From positions 5,410 through 69,409 of the forward strand of contig NMRA01000840.1 of NCBI GenBank assembly GCA_002633005.1: a DNA stretch of 64,000 bases, in the 5' to 3' direction. Within the stretch, counting starts at the first letter, position 1, and each line of letters opens with the position of its first letter. The DNA comes from Phoronis australis (taxonomy: Eukaryota; Animalia; Phoronida). The notes under the pieces were generated by a model that was not told where the DNA came from, did not search any database, and was given only the letters and a program-made list of their open reading frames with translations. Position numbers and translations under genes: made by a program. Below are positions 50,963-63,808 of the stretch, in pieces.

Positions 50963-51764
50963 TACATACATGTATGTATTATGTTTGGATGTAAACATGT
51001 GCTTATCTTAACAATATAGTACGTTTTGGGATCACGATTTCATTCAGACATGACAATTCTGTCACGAGATATTGGTTGGCTTCGATGGTAACTAATTAGC
51101 ACAGTATAAAAGGACGTTTTCACCCCATCATGTTCGCTGAATGCAAAATAATTATACATGTAGGTTAATTTCTTTGTACGGCACAAATACATACAGTAAA
51201 AAGAAGTGTTTAACAGTTTCCGAAAGTACGTCTGGTCTAATACTCCATTCCATTTGACTTTTTGAAAGGTTGTTCCCGAATATCCGCAAATGGGCCTACA
51301 TGTATTANNNNNNNNNNNNNNNNNNNNNNNNNNNNNNNNNNNNNNNNNNNNNNNNNNNNNNNNNNNNNNNNNNNNNNNNNNNNNNNNNNNNNNNNNNNNN
51401 NNNNNNNNNNNNNNNNNNNNNNNNNNNNNNNNNNCTAAACATTCCCGGTAATAATTATAATTAAGACAGACAATCCAAGAGTCCAAGATTCAATGGTTGA
51501 TCAACGGCATCTTTGAGACACATTCTTAACTTTCTCATCCTGGGTTGTCTGAGCCCAATAATCGAGTACGTTTTGTAGCAATAACCCAGAACTAGTGTAC
51601 AGTGTATACATGTATTAGTGTCCATTGCCCTTTTACAAGCTCGTTTCAGGCAAGTGTGGGTAGGGATGCCTCTCGGACTGGCTACTGGTGAGAATGTGGT
51701 AATAGATGCAAAGCCAATAACATTGGGTTAATTTGTACAGACACTGTTCTCCAGTTGGTCGTAC

Positions 51765-51908
51765 CTGGCAGACTCTCGTTTGGCACACATCTCTTGCAGC
51801 ACCTGTTTTGCACGTACGGCTGGTAGCACTGCAGCTCCGCCACCTCTGCGCATGTGTCGGCACTGCCACTGAAAACTGCACCAGGCCTGTCACCAGAGGG
51901 ACACGTGT
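51765..51908 (-). CDS. Metalloprotease gene, Cys-rich (ShK-like) repeat 1
   Basis: TTATAG|AC ... G|GTACGA, 144 nt; TCPSGDRPG..TCAEVAELQCYQPYVQNRCCKRC. Confidence 0.82.
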
Positions 51909-52883
51909 CTATAACGAAAGAACATCGAATAAAGCAAAGGAAAAAGTCAGTGCAACGGACGAGACAATCGCAGATTTCAACATTCTTCCTGGCGCAAACT
52001 TAGCGTATAGGTGCCCGAAGTCACTCTGACCTGAAATTGTTGTAGCGTTGTTGTGTAAAATCTGAATACCTGCTCATAAGCGTATAAAACTATACTGTAG
52101 TGTGCGACCGCTCGTGGTTGATATCCTGGTTTCGCGCAAAGGCGCTCACGTATCTCGCACAAAACACACACTGTAACAAGTCTGCGAATTAGTTTTACGG
52201 CGGTGTCTTTAGTTGTGACGTTAATATCTTGTGAATTACAGCATACATGTACATGTATTGCATATAGCATGTATTGCTTGCGAAAGAACATACATGTACC
52301 AGTAGGCAAAATTAGCTGAATACACGTCACTTGTCGAAACTAATAATCATTATAGAATAGATATTGTTAATAACGACAAGTGTCGTGTATTCAATCAAAT
52401 TTGCATATCGGAAAACTTGAACCCTGAGTACAACCAGTACCACTAGGCAAGAACAAAATAGTGTGTTAGATGGCCAGAAACGAGACGTGATTGTTTTTTT
52501 AGTCATCGCGTGGCATATCATGGCGTTTCAATTTTTTTCGTGAAAAGAATCCAACGTTGACACCGTCACCGGTAAAGATTAGACAACTCACAGTTTGCTC
52601 ACCTTGGACTCTACCACTATGATCAAAAGCCCAATGCAGTTGCAGTCAACTTCATCGACTCAGGCTGCTTACCATTCGTTAGATACTAGACCCATCATAA
52701 ACACTGTAGGGGACTATAATAATATTTTTAAATTTTCGTTTTAAAATGTTTTAGTAGCAAATTGCAATAGTGAAAAGTACAGTCACGTGGCTAGGTTTTT
52801 GAACCTTGAAAATCGGATAAGAAATTTGCCTTAACAATCTAAAACTTTTGCCATTTTGTCCTGCTTCTCATTAATTCTGCTGT

Positions 52884-52989
52884 TTGGGCAACATAATTGG
52901 GCCAACATAATTGGGCCAACATAATTGGGCCAACATAATTGGGCCAACATAATTGGGCCAACATAATTGGGCCAACATAATTGGGCCAA
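52884..52989. repeat. 14-bp minisatellite, about 7 copies
   Basis: TTGGGCCAACATAA repeated nearly perfectly. Confidence 0.95.
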
Positions 52990-53323
52990 AAACCAAACCA
53001 GTAGGGAGCAGTTGGATTTTTAGGTACTGTAAGCCAAGTGATATACATGTAGTACAATTCTTGGCATGTACGTGATTTTCTGCACTTTAAAAACAAAAAC
53101 AAACACACACTCACAAGAACTTGGCTGAAAATTGATAAGACTGGAAGTCCATTTTAATGGGTGGGCAAAGCTCTCAGAATGAGTGGAGTTCAAGGCCAGA
53201 ACTAAATTTGCTTTTTTGGCCTATCATGAAAATTTCAGTGATAATCGAGAATTGGCCATTTGTGACCGCAGTAACTGACAATATTACACGTCGTTAGAAG
53301 TGACAAATGTCCTGTCTTCTTAC

Positions 53324-53375
53324 CGCTGGCTTTCGGTGCCCTTTCGTCGTAGACACAATATCCATGAAGGCACCA
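53324..53375 (-). CDS. Metalloprotease gene, end of ADAMTS-type disintegrin-like domain
   Basis: TTTCAG|TGG ... G|GTAAGA; WCLHGYCVYDERAPKAS. Confidence 0.85.
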
Positions 53376-54375
53376 CTGAAACGAGATACAACGCGTGCTG
53401 GAACACACAAAATGTCGGCATGTATGGCATGCAGGCCAAAAATTCATCAACATCGCAAACAATTTGACATCATGCCAAAATTTTGAAAAGAAAAAAAAAC
53501 GGTGTCGCGTTGTTTTAGAATTTGTACCTCACCAAGAGTTTACATTAACAGAGAACGAAATGCACTTAATGTGCGGTAACAGTAACGACGTGTGTGTATT
53601 TTTCCAATCACTAAAACATCGGCATGTTCTTTAGGACCAGCACTCAAAATTTGGAATTATAGTGTTGCTGAAATGATACTCATTAGAAAGAACTTTGTCT
53701 CTAGTGAGAAAACTAACTTTTAATTTAGGCAACTTTCCGTAAAAAAATGACTGTCCTCAGCTTTTCTGTTGGTAGGCCTACTTTTGTAAACGTGGTATGA
53801 ACACGTTTATTGCCCACGATGGCTTGTGAATAATCAAATGAGTCGAATACAGTGACTTCCTTCCCATGAGTTGACAAAGTATTAGAAGCCAACAACGCAG
53901 CTGCTTCGTCGTGAGATTTCGAAATGAGGTTTTCACACAACAGTTCACATCGCTTTAAGCACGCATACTGTATACGCGCGCGTACAGTATATGCGTGTAT
54001 CACAATCGCCACATAGAACGAAAACTGAACAAAGTTACCACCGCCCTGACGCATGGAGCTGTGCACAAGGTGTTATTGGTGAGGACGCTTAACTCTGGAA
54101 TGACTGAATTGAAAACTTACACACATGTGAGCTTAATATTTTTACCGCTCTCCTCTAATGCCTGTTGAAGATAGTCATGTATTATTTTATCCCATGCTAC
54201 TGTAGTCAAAATTTGCACTTGATGGTCACTAGTGTCGATTTACAAACTCGTGTAAAAACACCGAAGTTTCAAGTAAAAACTCGAAATTTACGTGTTGAGA
54301 CTAGAATTAGAATACGTTCACTAGTGAACAACACTTGCTTGTGTGTGCAAGGAAAACTGGAGTGAGTACACGCAC

Positions 54376-54495
54376 CTTTTTGTCTCCACATGTAGTTCCA
54401 TCGGCCGCCACCAGGGCACCCGGTCTTATACACGACTGGTCCGTGGGTGAATAGCAGAACACACTTTGACACATTTTGGCATCTGCATCGGCTCC
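54376..54495 (-). CDS. Metalloprotease gene, disintegrin-like exon
   Basis: TTCCAG|GGA ... AAG|GTGCGT; MCQSVFC..C..AADGTTCGDKK. Confidence 0.87.
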
Positions 54496-55242
54496 CTGGA
54501 ACAAACCGGTGTTCTCTGAATGACATTTCAACACAAAACTGACTTGAAAGCTACTTATTCCACACTGGGTGCATTTTTCAATTACACAGTGTGAAAATAA
54601 ATGTTTTTATCAATGGTTTGAACGAATGGTGTTGCTCTATTTTCATTTAGTATAAAAGTTCCATGCAGGCTTTCACCTCCAAAGCTCAAGGGTTTCATTC
54701 ACAATTACTTTTTACAACACCAGTTGTTCGAGACTTTATATTTATATAAATCCGTTTTGATATGGAAGAAAGTTGAGAAGCATTTCAAATGTGGAACCAA
54801 TACTCAAAGTGTTATAAGCACTAACTCTGTTTGGCGGAGTCATTTTACTTGAGGGAAGGCAACTAATATTAGTGTATCAAAATCGAATGAATAGCTGTTG
54901 AAAGCAAAAGAATGCTTAGTGTAGTTCAGCACTGGCGTGGCTTCCAATTCTCGGAATTAAAATTTTCTGTGAATACCTAAAAATGATTTGCCGAAGGTGT
55001 GCTTTTTGTTCGTGCCCGTTTGTGGGCGCCTAGGTACTACGACACCCTAAATCCACCTGAGTTGCATGCGTGCAGCGGGTGAACCAAAAAGGTTTGAAGG
55101 TATTTTTGCGCCAATTAATACTACAGGTCCTGGTTTAGTTGAAGTTACACGTACAATATGATGGCTTAAACGTGAATCATGAATGGTAATTTACAATTCG
55201 TCAATTTTGCGCTAAAATAGTCAACTATAATTTAGATCCTAC

Positions 55243-55387
55243 CCCACAGTAGTATGACTGGTCGCCATATAGCTGTTTGCACTGCTGGTGAATAGTACAC
55301 CGCTGTCCAGGCATCACACGGAGGTAATCGTCGAATTCAGTTTTGTTGAAGACGACGCTTGTTGTTAGCATGCAGTTTTTACCCGCA
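55243..55387 (-). CDS. Metalloprotease gene, catalytic-to-disintegrin-like junction exon
   Basis: TTCTAG|T ... GGG|GTAGGA; NCML..MPGQRCTIHQQCKQLYGDQSYYCG. Confidence 0.87.
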
Positions 55388-56406
55388 CTAGAATAAAAGA
55401 CAGTGACGTCAGTTTAGTGGCGTGTTCAATGAAAACCATTCAGTAATATTATGGATAGCAAACGTATATGAATGAATGGACCGGGTGTCGTAAACTTTTG
55501 GGATGAATTCTATGAGCACATAAGGTAGCCAATCAGGAGAGCCGCGATTACATACAATTTTTAAAAAACTGCAAGGCAGGGAGTCTATGTATTTTTAAGC
55601 TTACATTGCGTCGTTACCATCACTTCCGCGACACTACATTTAACGTGCAAGTTAAGCAAACAACATGATATCGATATATTTTTGCCAGAACAATTGTTGG
55701 AAGATAGGATTTTGCCCGAATAGTGTGTTTTCTTTGTTACTGTGGACATACGAGTAGTTCTGATAGCGGCGAGCCCGACAGGTCTTTACGAAGGAAGCAT
55801 GTCCGCATTCCGGCAACAACATCTTATCTACTTTAGACCACATATCACTACAAAATTGGTCACGAATTGTTTCTGTGTCAAATTTCTGGACATACAAAGA
55901 ATAAGGTCGTCCAGAATAACACAGACTCGAATTTCCTTGTACATGTACATATAGTTACCGGCTACAAAGCAGCAACATCCTTCAAACGATTTTGTTGCCC
56001 CGTTTTAGCGTTACTGGAGTATCACATGTTATTTGATGTTGCAGTATTCTTCGCTAATTTTTCTCGGTTGCTCTATCATATTGGTCCTTCTAATTATTGT
56101 ACGGACGAAATTCGAACAGGAGAAAATTGGAAAATTGGACAAACTTGACAAATATTCGTGGATGCTAAGTATTAGTGGCGGATTCCGATATAACCTGTGA
56201 ACGGATTTAGGGTGAGGTGGGGGGGGCTGGGGGTCCATGAAATGCAGAATACTCAAGTATGCTCCATGGTCTTCGATAGACACAGAGGTACATGTAGTAC
56301 ACGCGTTTTGGAGCACTGTCAGATACTAAGTCAACAGCGTGGAAAGATGTTTATATGAGACAGAGCTTGAAGGAATGGGGAACTGGGAACTAGCAATGCG
56401 ATTCAC

Positions 56407-56574
56407 CTGTTTAGTGATGTCACGTATGACGTCATGGTAGTTATGGAGCACGAGGAGAAGCGATATGTGTTGTTGCGTGTCGCCTCTGACCAAGGGCTGG
56501 CAGACGGTGCCATGATAAATTGCTGGCTGGGATTGCAACCGTTGGTTCCGAGGTCATCGTGTTTGGCATTCAGG
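56407..56574 (-). CDS. Metalloprotease gene, third zinc ligand and Met-turn exon
   Basis: TTTCAG|C ... AG|GTGAAT; SLNAKHD..C..FIMAPS..FSSCS. Confidence 0.9.
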
Positions 56575-57400
56575 CTGAAATGTTAACACATTACAATACA
56601 CGCACACTAATTTCGTAACCACAGCTTATGTGTGATAAAATGGTGTCATCTCCAAATGAGGAAATGTAAATTCTGGACAAATCACAGTAAAATGAAAGGC
56701 TATGAGAAAATGAAAGATTCAACTGAAACAGTACGACGCAAAAATAAATTCCCTCGGTTTTTGTCACGTTACTCACTCACTGAATTGAAAGCTTTAACGG
56801 AAAATATTGCGTACAGCCTGAATTTCATCATACATGTACATGTGCTGGCGACATTGCACAATCTGATTAATAAGTTCCTCGGTGTTCATCGCAGTAAAGA
56901 TCTCCTATATTTAGCCATACAATTTCAGGACTTGTTATTTGACGTTTATACACACATCTACCAGCCGCTGCATTAAAAGTTCACGGCTCTCCACAATCTT
57001 TCTCAATTTTGACTTCTTGTACAAACAAGTATGACTCAAGTTATTCGCTAGAAAAAACAACAACAACAATAGAGTGGCCCTTGGCAGAAATTCCCAGTGC
57101 TGGTAATGCCTTCATACTTCCACCCAATGAAAATCAATATATTGTCCGTAACGCCAGGCTTTACTGGTGAACTATCCTTTACCCACCCCCACCTCCAGTA
57201 ACCTGGGAGCATGCATGCAATGCTTTCCCACAACAGGTGCCCACAATAGACTACAAGCTGCGTTTGCTCACAGCATCATCTTAATTCCTGGGATACATTA
57301 AAACACCGGTGTGCCACATTCCTCTAGTATATGTATGTGAATCGATGCATGGCAAATGTGTCAAGACTGAAAAAGGACCCATAAACGTGACTTATCCTAC

Positions 57401-57562
57401 CTGTGACCTAATTCATGAGCTAGGGTAGCGATGTTGCCGAAGCCTCCGTGCTCCTCGTTGATAGACTGTCCAACGTAAGTTCCGGATATTGAACTACAGA
57501 CGCCAGGGGTCGTGGCCAACCCAGCAACCTTGGAGCTGCCATCAGTGCTTATTACGTCATAC
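57401..57562 (-). CDS. Metalloprotease gene, HExxH exon
   Basis: TGACAG|G ... AG|GTAGGA; VAGLA..GVC..SINEEHGGF..TLAHELGH. Confidence 0.92.
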
Positions 57563-58294
57563 CTGTCATTACTTATTAATTAGGTCCGCATTTACAACAA
57601 GAAGTGGTTGATGGGGAGCTATATGACACTCATTACTTGTAGTATTGCTTGACATCATTACATGTACTTGTAGTATTGCTTGACATCATACTAATCAACC
57701 AAATCAAAGTACAGTGTAGTTTTCAAAATAAACTGTAAAAAATTGGATAGAACTCTACAAAACTGTGTCAAACTTGAATATACATTTAACGAAAATCATT
57801 TTACAATTTTTGTCATGTTATTTTTCGGAGTTCAACGTTAGGTAAATGCGCCTAATCGTTAATTGTTTTTTAATGCAATGAACTTTCGGAGAATGTTGTT
57901 GCGATTTCCACAACGTGGATGGAAAGACACCTGTTGTAAATTTTTCGATATTCAGCTAGAATTGAAATAAAGTTTAGTACAAAACCAATGGATATTTAGT
58001 CGACAGGTTTCCTTTAACGAATTTTGGGATGATGTCAGCTAATGTGACATAACATAAAGGTGTGCTGTAACTGTTTAAGAAGGCATGTGGTATGCCAAGT
58101 TAACTTTCACACGCCGTTTACGGTATTTGATTCGGTTACATGTAGATGCATATGTTTGACTTTGAACTTTATGCAAATTGATCTTCAAACCCCAACTCAG
58201 GAGGTCGCTCCGACTAACACAAAACAACCCATACAATGCAAGGATATTTGATAATTTCAAGCAGTTGGACAGTTTCCGGCAATGTCCAGCTTAC

Positions 58295-58455
58295 CCAGTA
58301 TTTAAGGCACCGTGGTCATAGTTAGGGATTGATCCGCTGTCAACGTTGATCTTGGCCCAGTTTTTGAAGGCGTTGAGACTTGTAGATGCAGGAATTTTTA
58401 GGCGAGGCGTGCCGCTTTGCTTGTAGTCCTCGGTAAAGTAGGACGCTTGAGCAGT
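58295..58455 (-). CDS. Metalloprotease gene, reprolysin domain exon
   Basis: CCGTTAG|ACT ... GG|GTAAGC; SLNAFKNW..YDHGALNTG. Confidence 0.88.
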
Positions 58456-60403
58456 CTAACGGAAAAAGGAAAGATGCTGTCATGAAGACAAAGACACCAC
58501 TTCCGGATGGCCAAACGATCAATAATTGTTATTCCGCTTTAAACGTTAATAATAACAAGACTAGACAAATTGCCTCAATTTGCGCAAAACATAATCCTCA
58601 AAAATAAACGCACTTTCGGAAAAAAACTGGGAAGAACAACATTCTCTTGCTCCCGAAGGCACCTATTAGTTGACAATATATCGGTCAGTTAGGCAGCAGT
58701 GAATCAAATTTACTGATGGACACTAAAATTGCTATAAACCAACCGTCTGTGAAGGAACCCGTCTTTTTGAAGCCACATACTATGCATCTATCAGTCTCGA
58801 ATTTATCAGGAATTTCAGGTTTGTAAAATCGGGCTGGTTCACACGACCTTATCGTTCGGCACGTTTTTTATCGGTCGGGACGTTCTTTGCGTTCTAGCTG
58901 CTGATTGATTGCAGTCGCAAGCAAATAATAGGTTTTGAGTGAAAATATCCAATCTTGTGCATTTTTGTACGTTTTTTTGTGGTAGTCGGTAGTCATAACA
59001 CTTAGAAAATTCGGATCGAGTTTTCTTGTTCATGATTTACGATAACTTTGGCATAGCATTCTCTACAAATGCTCAAGTTGTGATCAGTTATTAAAGCTGT
59101 TCATTGTCCCCTATAAGTATCCATAGCAAAAGGTCGTGAAATTTTGTGATGCCCAATTCCGGTTTTGGTAGTGCTTGAATTACCATCAATGCACATGTTA
59201 TCCAGTTTCTCAACAAATATTTTTTATTTCACGACTGAATAAATTAAAGCTGCCGGTAGTAACTAAAGATCATAAATTTCATATTTTTTCGAGTTTTTTA
59301 GGTTATTTGGTTTCATCTTATGTTAAAAACAAGTGTTTGAGCAACACATTTGTTGCGTTTTTACAAAGTTTTGATTTTTTCCTCGTTTTTACGATGCACA
59401 ATCTCTTTGAAAAAACCCGTCTCTTGATTGACCAGTAAGAGCGACCAAATCTCAAAGCACATTTATACAGTACTTACAGCGATCCTAGTAGATCAAGGGA
59501 TCCGGATCGCACAGATGTTATTTTCACTAAACCGGCTTAAAAACCGTGTGGGACGCAATAGGACGGAAACATGCCGATTCAAACCGTTCCCGCATGAGAT
59601 CCGCATTTAATATGATCCGATCCAGTGTGTACTAAGCCATGTGGATACACGATAGGATTTAACACCGTGCACATGCGTTAAGTATTCGAAGATGTTTCTC
59701 TACATATACTTTTCAACTGCTGGCATTGATCTTGATTTTCATAACTATGCAATTCCTCGAACAAATTCCTAAATCAACACATCCCGTGTTCCATCGGTTT
59801 GTTTTTCGTACCTCCATACCTATTCAATAACAGTCTTACTGCCTAAAAACATTTGAATGTTAGTCTCTCAATTCTTTCCTTTACTTGGCTAAAATATGAC
59901 CCTGATTTCCTTCTGCAAAAATCAGCTTGGTACCCATAGTCGACATGTAAAGGTATGTGCACGTCATGCAACCATGCATGAAAAACAAAATGAAAACAGG
60001 AACGCGTCAACGTGTGAACTGATCTGGAAATGATCACACAGTTACCCGTTCCCGTTTGCGCTCCAATGCAAGAGACCGCATTTTTCTTTATTGTTCCGTT
60101 TGCGGCGTATATTTTGAAATCTGACGAGTATATTGTTCAGAGCCCGGGGGTACAACGTGTTTAGTTTACATGTACGGTCGAAAGATATCGTGAACCGCAA
60201 TACAATGAACACAAACGTCTTTCCAAGAAGTTCTTTGTAAGTTCGAACAACGAACTGCCAATAAGCTCCGCCATACTAGAAGGTCACGTTTTTTTGATGA
60301 GAAAATGACAGAAATACTAACAGCTAAATAGACCGCGAAAGCTACGTTCGTGTTTTCGGCATACCTGTAACGGGATTTTACTATTCATGACATAAAACTA
60401 TAC

Positions 60404-60481
60404 CTGTGCAATGTAAATGAACGATAGCTGCACTCTAAAGGAGAAACTCGCGTGTTGAATGCTTTGAAATCTGATGTCGAC
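60404..60481 (-). CDS. Metalloprotease gene, reprolysin domain exon
   Basis: CTTTCAG|GTC ... CAG|GTATAG; VDIRFQSIQHASFSFRVQLSFIYIAQ. Confidence 0.83.
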
Positions 60482-61387
60482 CTGAAAGTAAAGGGGTTAC
60501 TGTAGAACCTTTGTCGAGGTCAATAACTCTCTCACGGCGAGAAAAATTTAGCCAAAATCCAGTGCTCTCATTGAAATTGCACGGCAATATCTCGAGCAAT
60601 ATCGCACGAGTTTTCTTTTCTAGCGAGACACTAGCACTACTACGTACAATGTAAGTTTGCAGTACCGACTTCTGTCGTTGGTGAGCAGTGTTTCGAGAAT
60701 CACTTACAATGTAGACATTTGTGTCCCTCAAATACTATACTTGGGTTTATAAAATCTCTCTCTACTCTTATAAATTACAAATACTCTATATCACAAAAGG
60801 TTTCGTACTATTACACGCGTCTAGGGGTTACAAAGGTCCTTTTAAAATTTGGCAAATTCGACTAACTTTAGTACATCATATCTCAGTCACGGCTCTTAGG
60901 ATTTACTTAAAACTTTCAGGTAATGCTTTATGTACTCTTCTCCAAAATTATTTTTGGAATTGGTCTTGAAATATCCAAGCATTGCATGAGAGGCTATAAA
61001 AGTACTGTACGACTTTTACGATTTCCATGGAACACTCAGAATATGAGTGAAACGAAAATTGTATAAATCACCATATAGACAACTGTAACAGTGTTCGTGA
61101 GATGTCATCCAAACATTTATGTCAAACAATCAAAGAGCATTTTAATACAATTGATGCTATGGTCTCAACGTACCTTTCTTTTTGCTATGTTTAACAAAAC
61201 AAACCTGCTAACGTTATCCAACGAATGACAGGAAACACATACTTTTACTGAAATCAATTCTATAGTTTTGTCGATATTTTTCTAGATGCATATACTTGTC
61301 GACAAGACCTATATGTAGCCTTTTGGCGCACACGATTTGGTCATTCTGTCAGCTAATCGCCGTTTTAAATATTCTGTACCTACTTAC

Positions 61388-61481
61388 CCCATTCGACAAA
61401 TGACACATGTAGTATTTGATGTCAGCGAGCGCATTGTTCTCCTTTTCATCGGATGTCGATCCTGATGCACGCGCCAAAAAT
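61388..61481 (-). CDS. Metalloprotease gene, reprolysin domain exon
   Basis: TTATAG|A ... GGG|GTAAGT; RFLARA..ALADIKYYMCHLSNG. Confidence 0.83.
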
Positions 61482-62711
61482 CTATAAATTAAATTCGTGT
61501 CTACATATACATGTACTGTAACTAAAAAGCGAGGCAATGTTCCGCAACAGTGTTGGGTTTTTCATCTTTTGATGGCTGATGTCCCGTTCACATTTTCCCT
61601 TAGATTGCTAGTTTACGAGTGCAAGTCGGACTCACGTGAAAAGAAAACTGTGCGTAGGACTTGTTGCAAACACTTTTTTCGCCGAATAGAACGTATTATG
61701 ATTCACCAGGCCCCCGAACCAAAACCACATTTCAACAATGTATATACATGTACATGTACAAAGTCCGCAGGTACACACTGAATTCAGACACTCGTTCTTT
61801 TGTCTCGGAGTGACATTGCACTTCACAAGAAGGACAGAGCTAGTCTTGAAGAATTTCTCAACATCCGAATCATTTATATAGGCAGGTTTCAGATAACACT
61901 ACCTTACATCTGACAAGATTGGACACTTGAATAAAATGTGGTCCGTCTACATCTCACCTTTTCGGTATACCAGAAGCGTCACTCGTTAATTTAGGTCACC
62001 TTCCACTTTAGGCATTCAGTTTCTGTAAGCCAACACTAGCGCATTGTCCGTATGTAACCAGAATGATGTTGTAGTTTCAGACAAAACACCACATCTTGTA
62101 ATATCGTACATAAAAAGCAGGCGATCATTTTTGCTCTTGATAACTTTTTCTGCTTCCCCGTCTCGAATTATTCAGAGCGAACTCACTAAATTTCCACACG
62201 CTGTTACTGGTGGTGACGACTTAGATAAGTATCGCCAACTATGAAATTTCCTATGTAGTACTGTTCCCCTCCACTAGTAAACCGTTTCAAAGAAATACGT
62301 CAAAGACAACTTTTCTTAGAGAGCCTGATCTTGAAAAGAAAAACGCCATCGTGCATCTAAGCCTCTTAGAAGTGCACTGTTTACCTCCATGAAGTTCCGC
62401 TCATGTAGACCTTCAGTTGGAAGTAAACAACAGACGATAGCCGGAAGCTATTCTTAGCACGTGCACTACACAAGAAGCATGGTGCGCTTTCTTAAACTAT
62501 AACGTCTGGGGGTGAGTGGTCTACATTTCAATTTAGAAAAAAAAATGTCCAGAAATAAACTTGCTCTCGTGTCCCGGAAAGGTGAACACGGAAATCGGGG
62601 TAAGCCTAGTGCAGTATAATGTACACGAGGCAGACGCAGATTTTCCATTTGAAATGTTTTACTTGATGCTAAATAATCGTAGTTGAAATAAACTTTTTAT
62701 CCGTTACATAC

Positions 62712-62850
62712 CTGCTATAGATATTAAAGTCTACGGCCAGAAAGTACTCGATTGTATTTTGTTGTGGAGCTGCTCGTTTCTCACGACTGTGATTGTCTGA
62801 GATATCGTCCCCATTGTCTCCCTTGAAAGCGCGTGGACCTTGATCTTTAA
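62712..62850 (-). CDS. Metalloprotease gene, furin site and start of mature domain
   Basis: TTGCAG|TT ... AG|GTATGT; HSREKR-AAPQQNTIEYFLAVDFNIYS. Confidence 0.86.
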
Positions 62851-63427
62851 CTGCAAGAAAGCTTTGTCATGTACACGAGTATAAAATGTTTAGACTATTT
62901 TACAAAACTACATTTCTCGACAAGATTGTAGTTGGTGAGACAGAAGCGTACAGTATATATCAGAAATAATATTGAGACGCGATCGTGAATTCGGAAACTC
63001 GTGTAGGCAACGATCCAAGTTTGAGAAACATTACATTCTAGACGAAGAAAGCCTGAAAAATGGTCTTCAACTAAAAGAATGAAAATCAACAGGAAGCTCG
63101 TTTAAGTGGTGCTTCATGGACCGATCTCACTAGTGTGAAAATAACAAGGCAAAAGCTTGCCTAACATTGTAAGACTTCATTTGACCCAGACACAGACAAT
63201 TGCATGTTACATGCACGTAGGCATTTGCGGTGCATCATTGAAAAAAGCGGGAGGGGGGTTGCTAGAGCACCCAACGCCCATGTGGTGCACCAACAAGCGC
63301 AGTGCAGCACTGAAAAAAGTGGGAGGGCGGCTATAGGCCCCCAGCCCCTTATGGTGCGTCATCCATGACAGGGGTGTAAATACATATCCACATGGGTACC
63401 TTCAGCCACATTCATACCCTGTCTCAC

Positions 63428-63593
63428 CATAACCGTACACCTGATCCAGTCCTCCGTTTGTTTTCACCATGATATGGTAGTCAACTTTCTCCACTTCGTC
63501 TCCGATTTCTTTGAAGCTTCGCTTGCGACGAATATGCTCATCGGACGCTGGTTGAATAATGTATTCATCACCTCCATAAAGCATCGTTCCCTC
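63428..63593 (-). CDS. Metalloprotease gene, prodomain exon
   Basis: TTACAG|GAG ... G|GTGAGA; EGTMLYGGDEYIIQP..RRKRS..H. Confidence 0.83.
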
Positions 63594-63718
63594 CTGTAAG
63601 GAATCACAAGTTTATCAAACATCACTGAAAATGTACACGCGTATGGAAACCATTGTGATTATTATGTGACAGTGTTTGGGAATGCTAACTTCGACACGTC
63701 GTCAAATTGCTCACTTAC

Positions 63719-63808
63719 CAAACTTCTAACTGACCGCCCCTTGTTGTTAATGGATGTCCTGACAGACAGTGCTGCGCCATTTTGAACGTCTTGATAAAAC
63801 GCGATATC
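63719..63808 (-). CDS. Metalloprotease gene, prodomain exon (gene continues beyond the window)
   Basis: CTTCAG|GAT ... TTG|GTAAGT, 90 nt; DIAFYQDVQNGAALSVR. Confidence 0.78.

Noticed and set aside
51633-51893. TSP1-like reading (WRSCSATSRTCKTG) in the ORF track
   Set aside because: The splice-compatible frame is a different one and gives the Cys-rich CxxGD repeat; TSP1 tryptophan spacing is absent.
52672-52702. Possible 31-nt exon of the metalloprotease gene
   Set aside because: Splice-like ends, but inclusion breaks the frame; flanking exons join correctly without it.
56540-57420. Asn in place of Gly in HExxHxxGxxH as a sign of inactivity
   Set aside because: Active ADAMTS1/4 have Asn at this position (HELGHVFNM.HD); Glu, three His and the Met-turn are intact.
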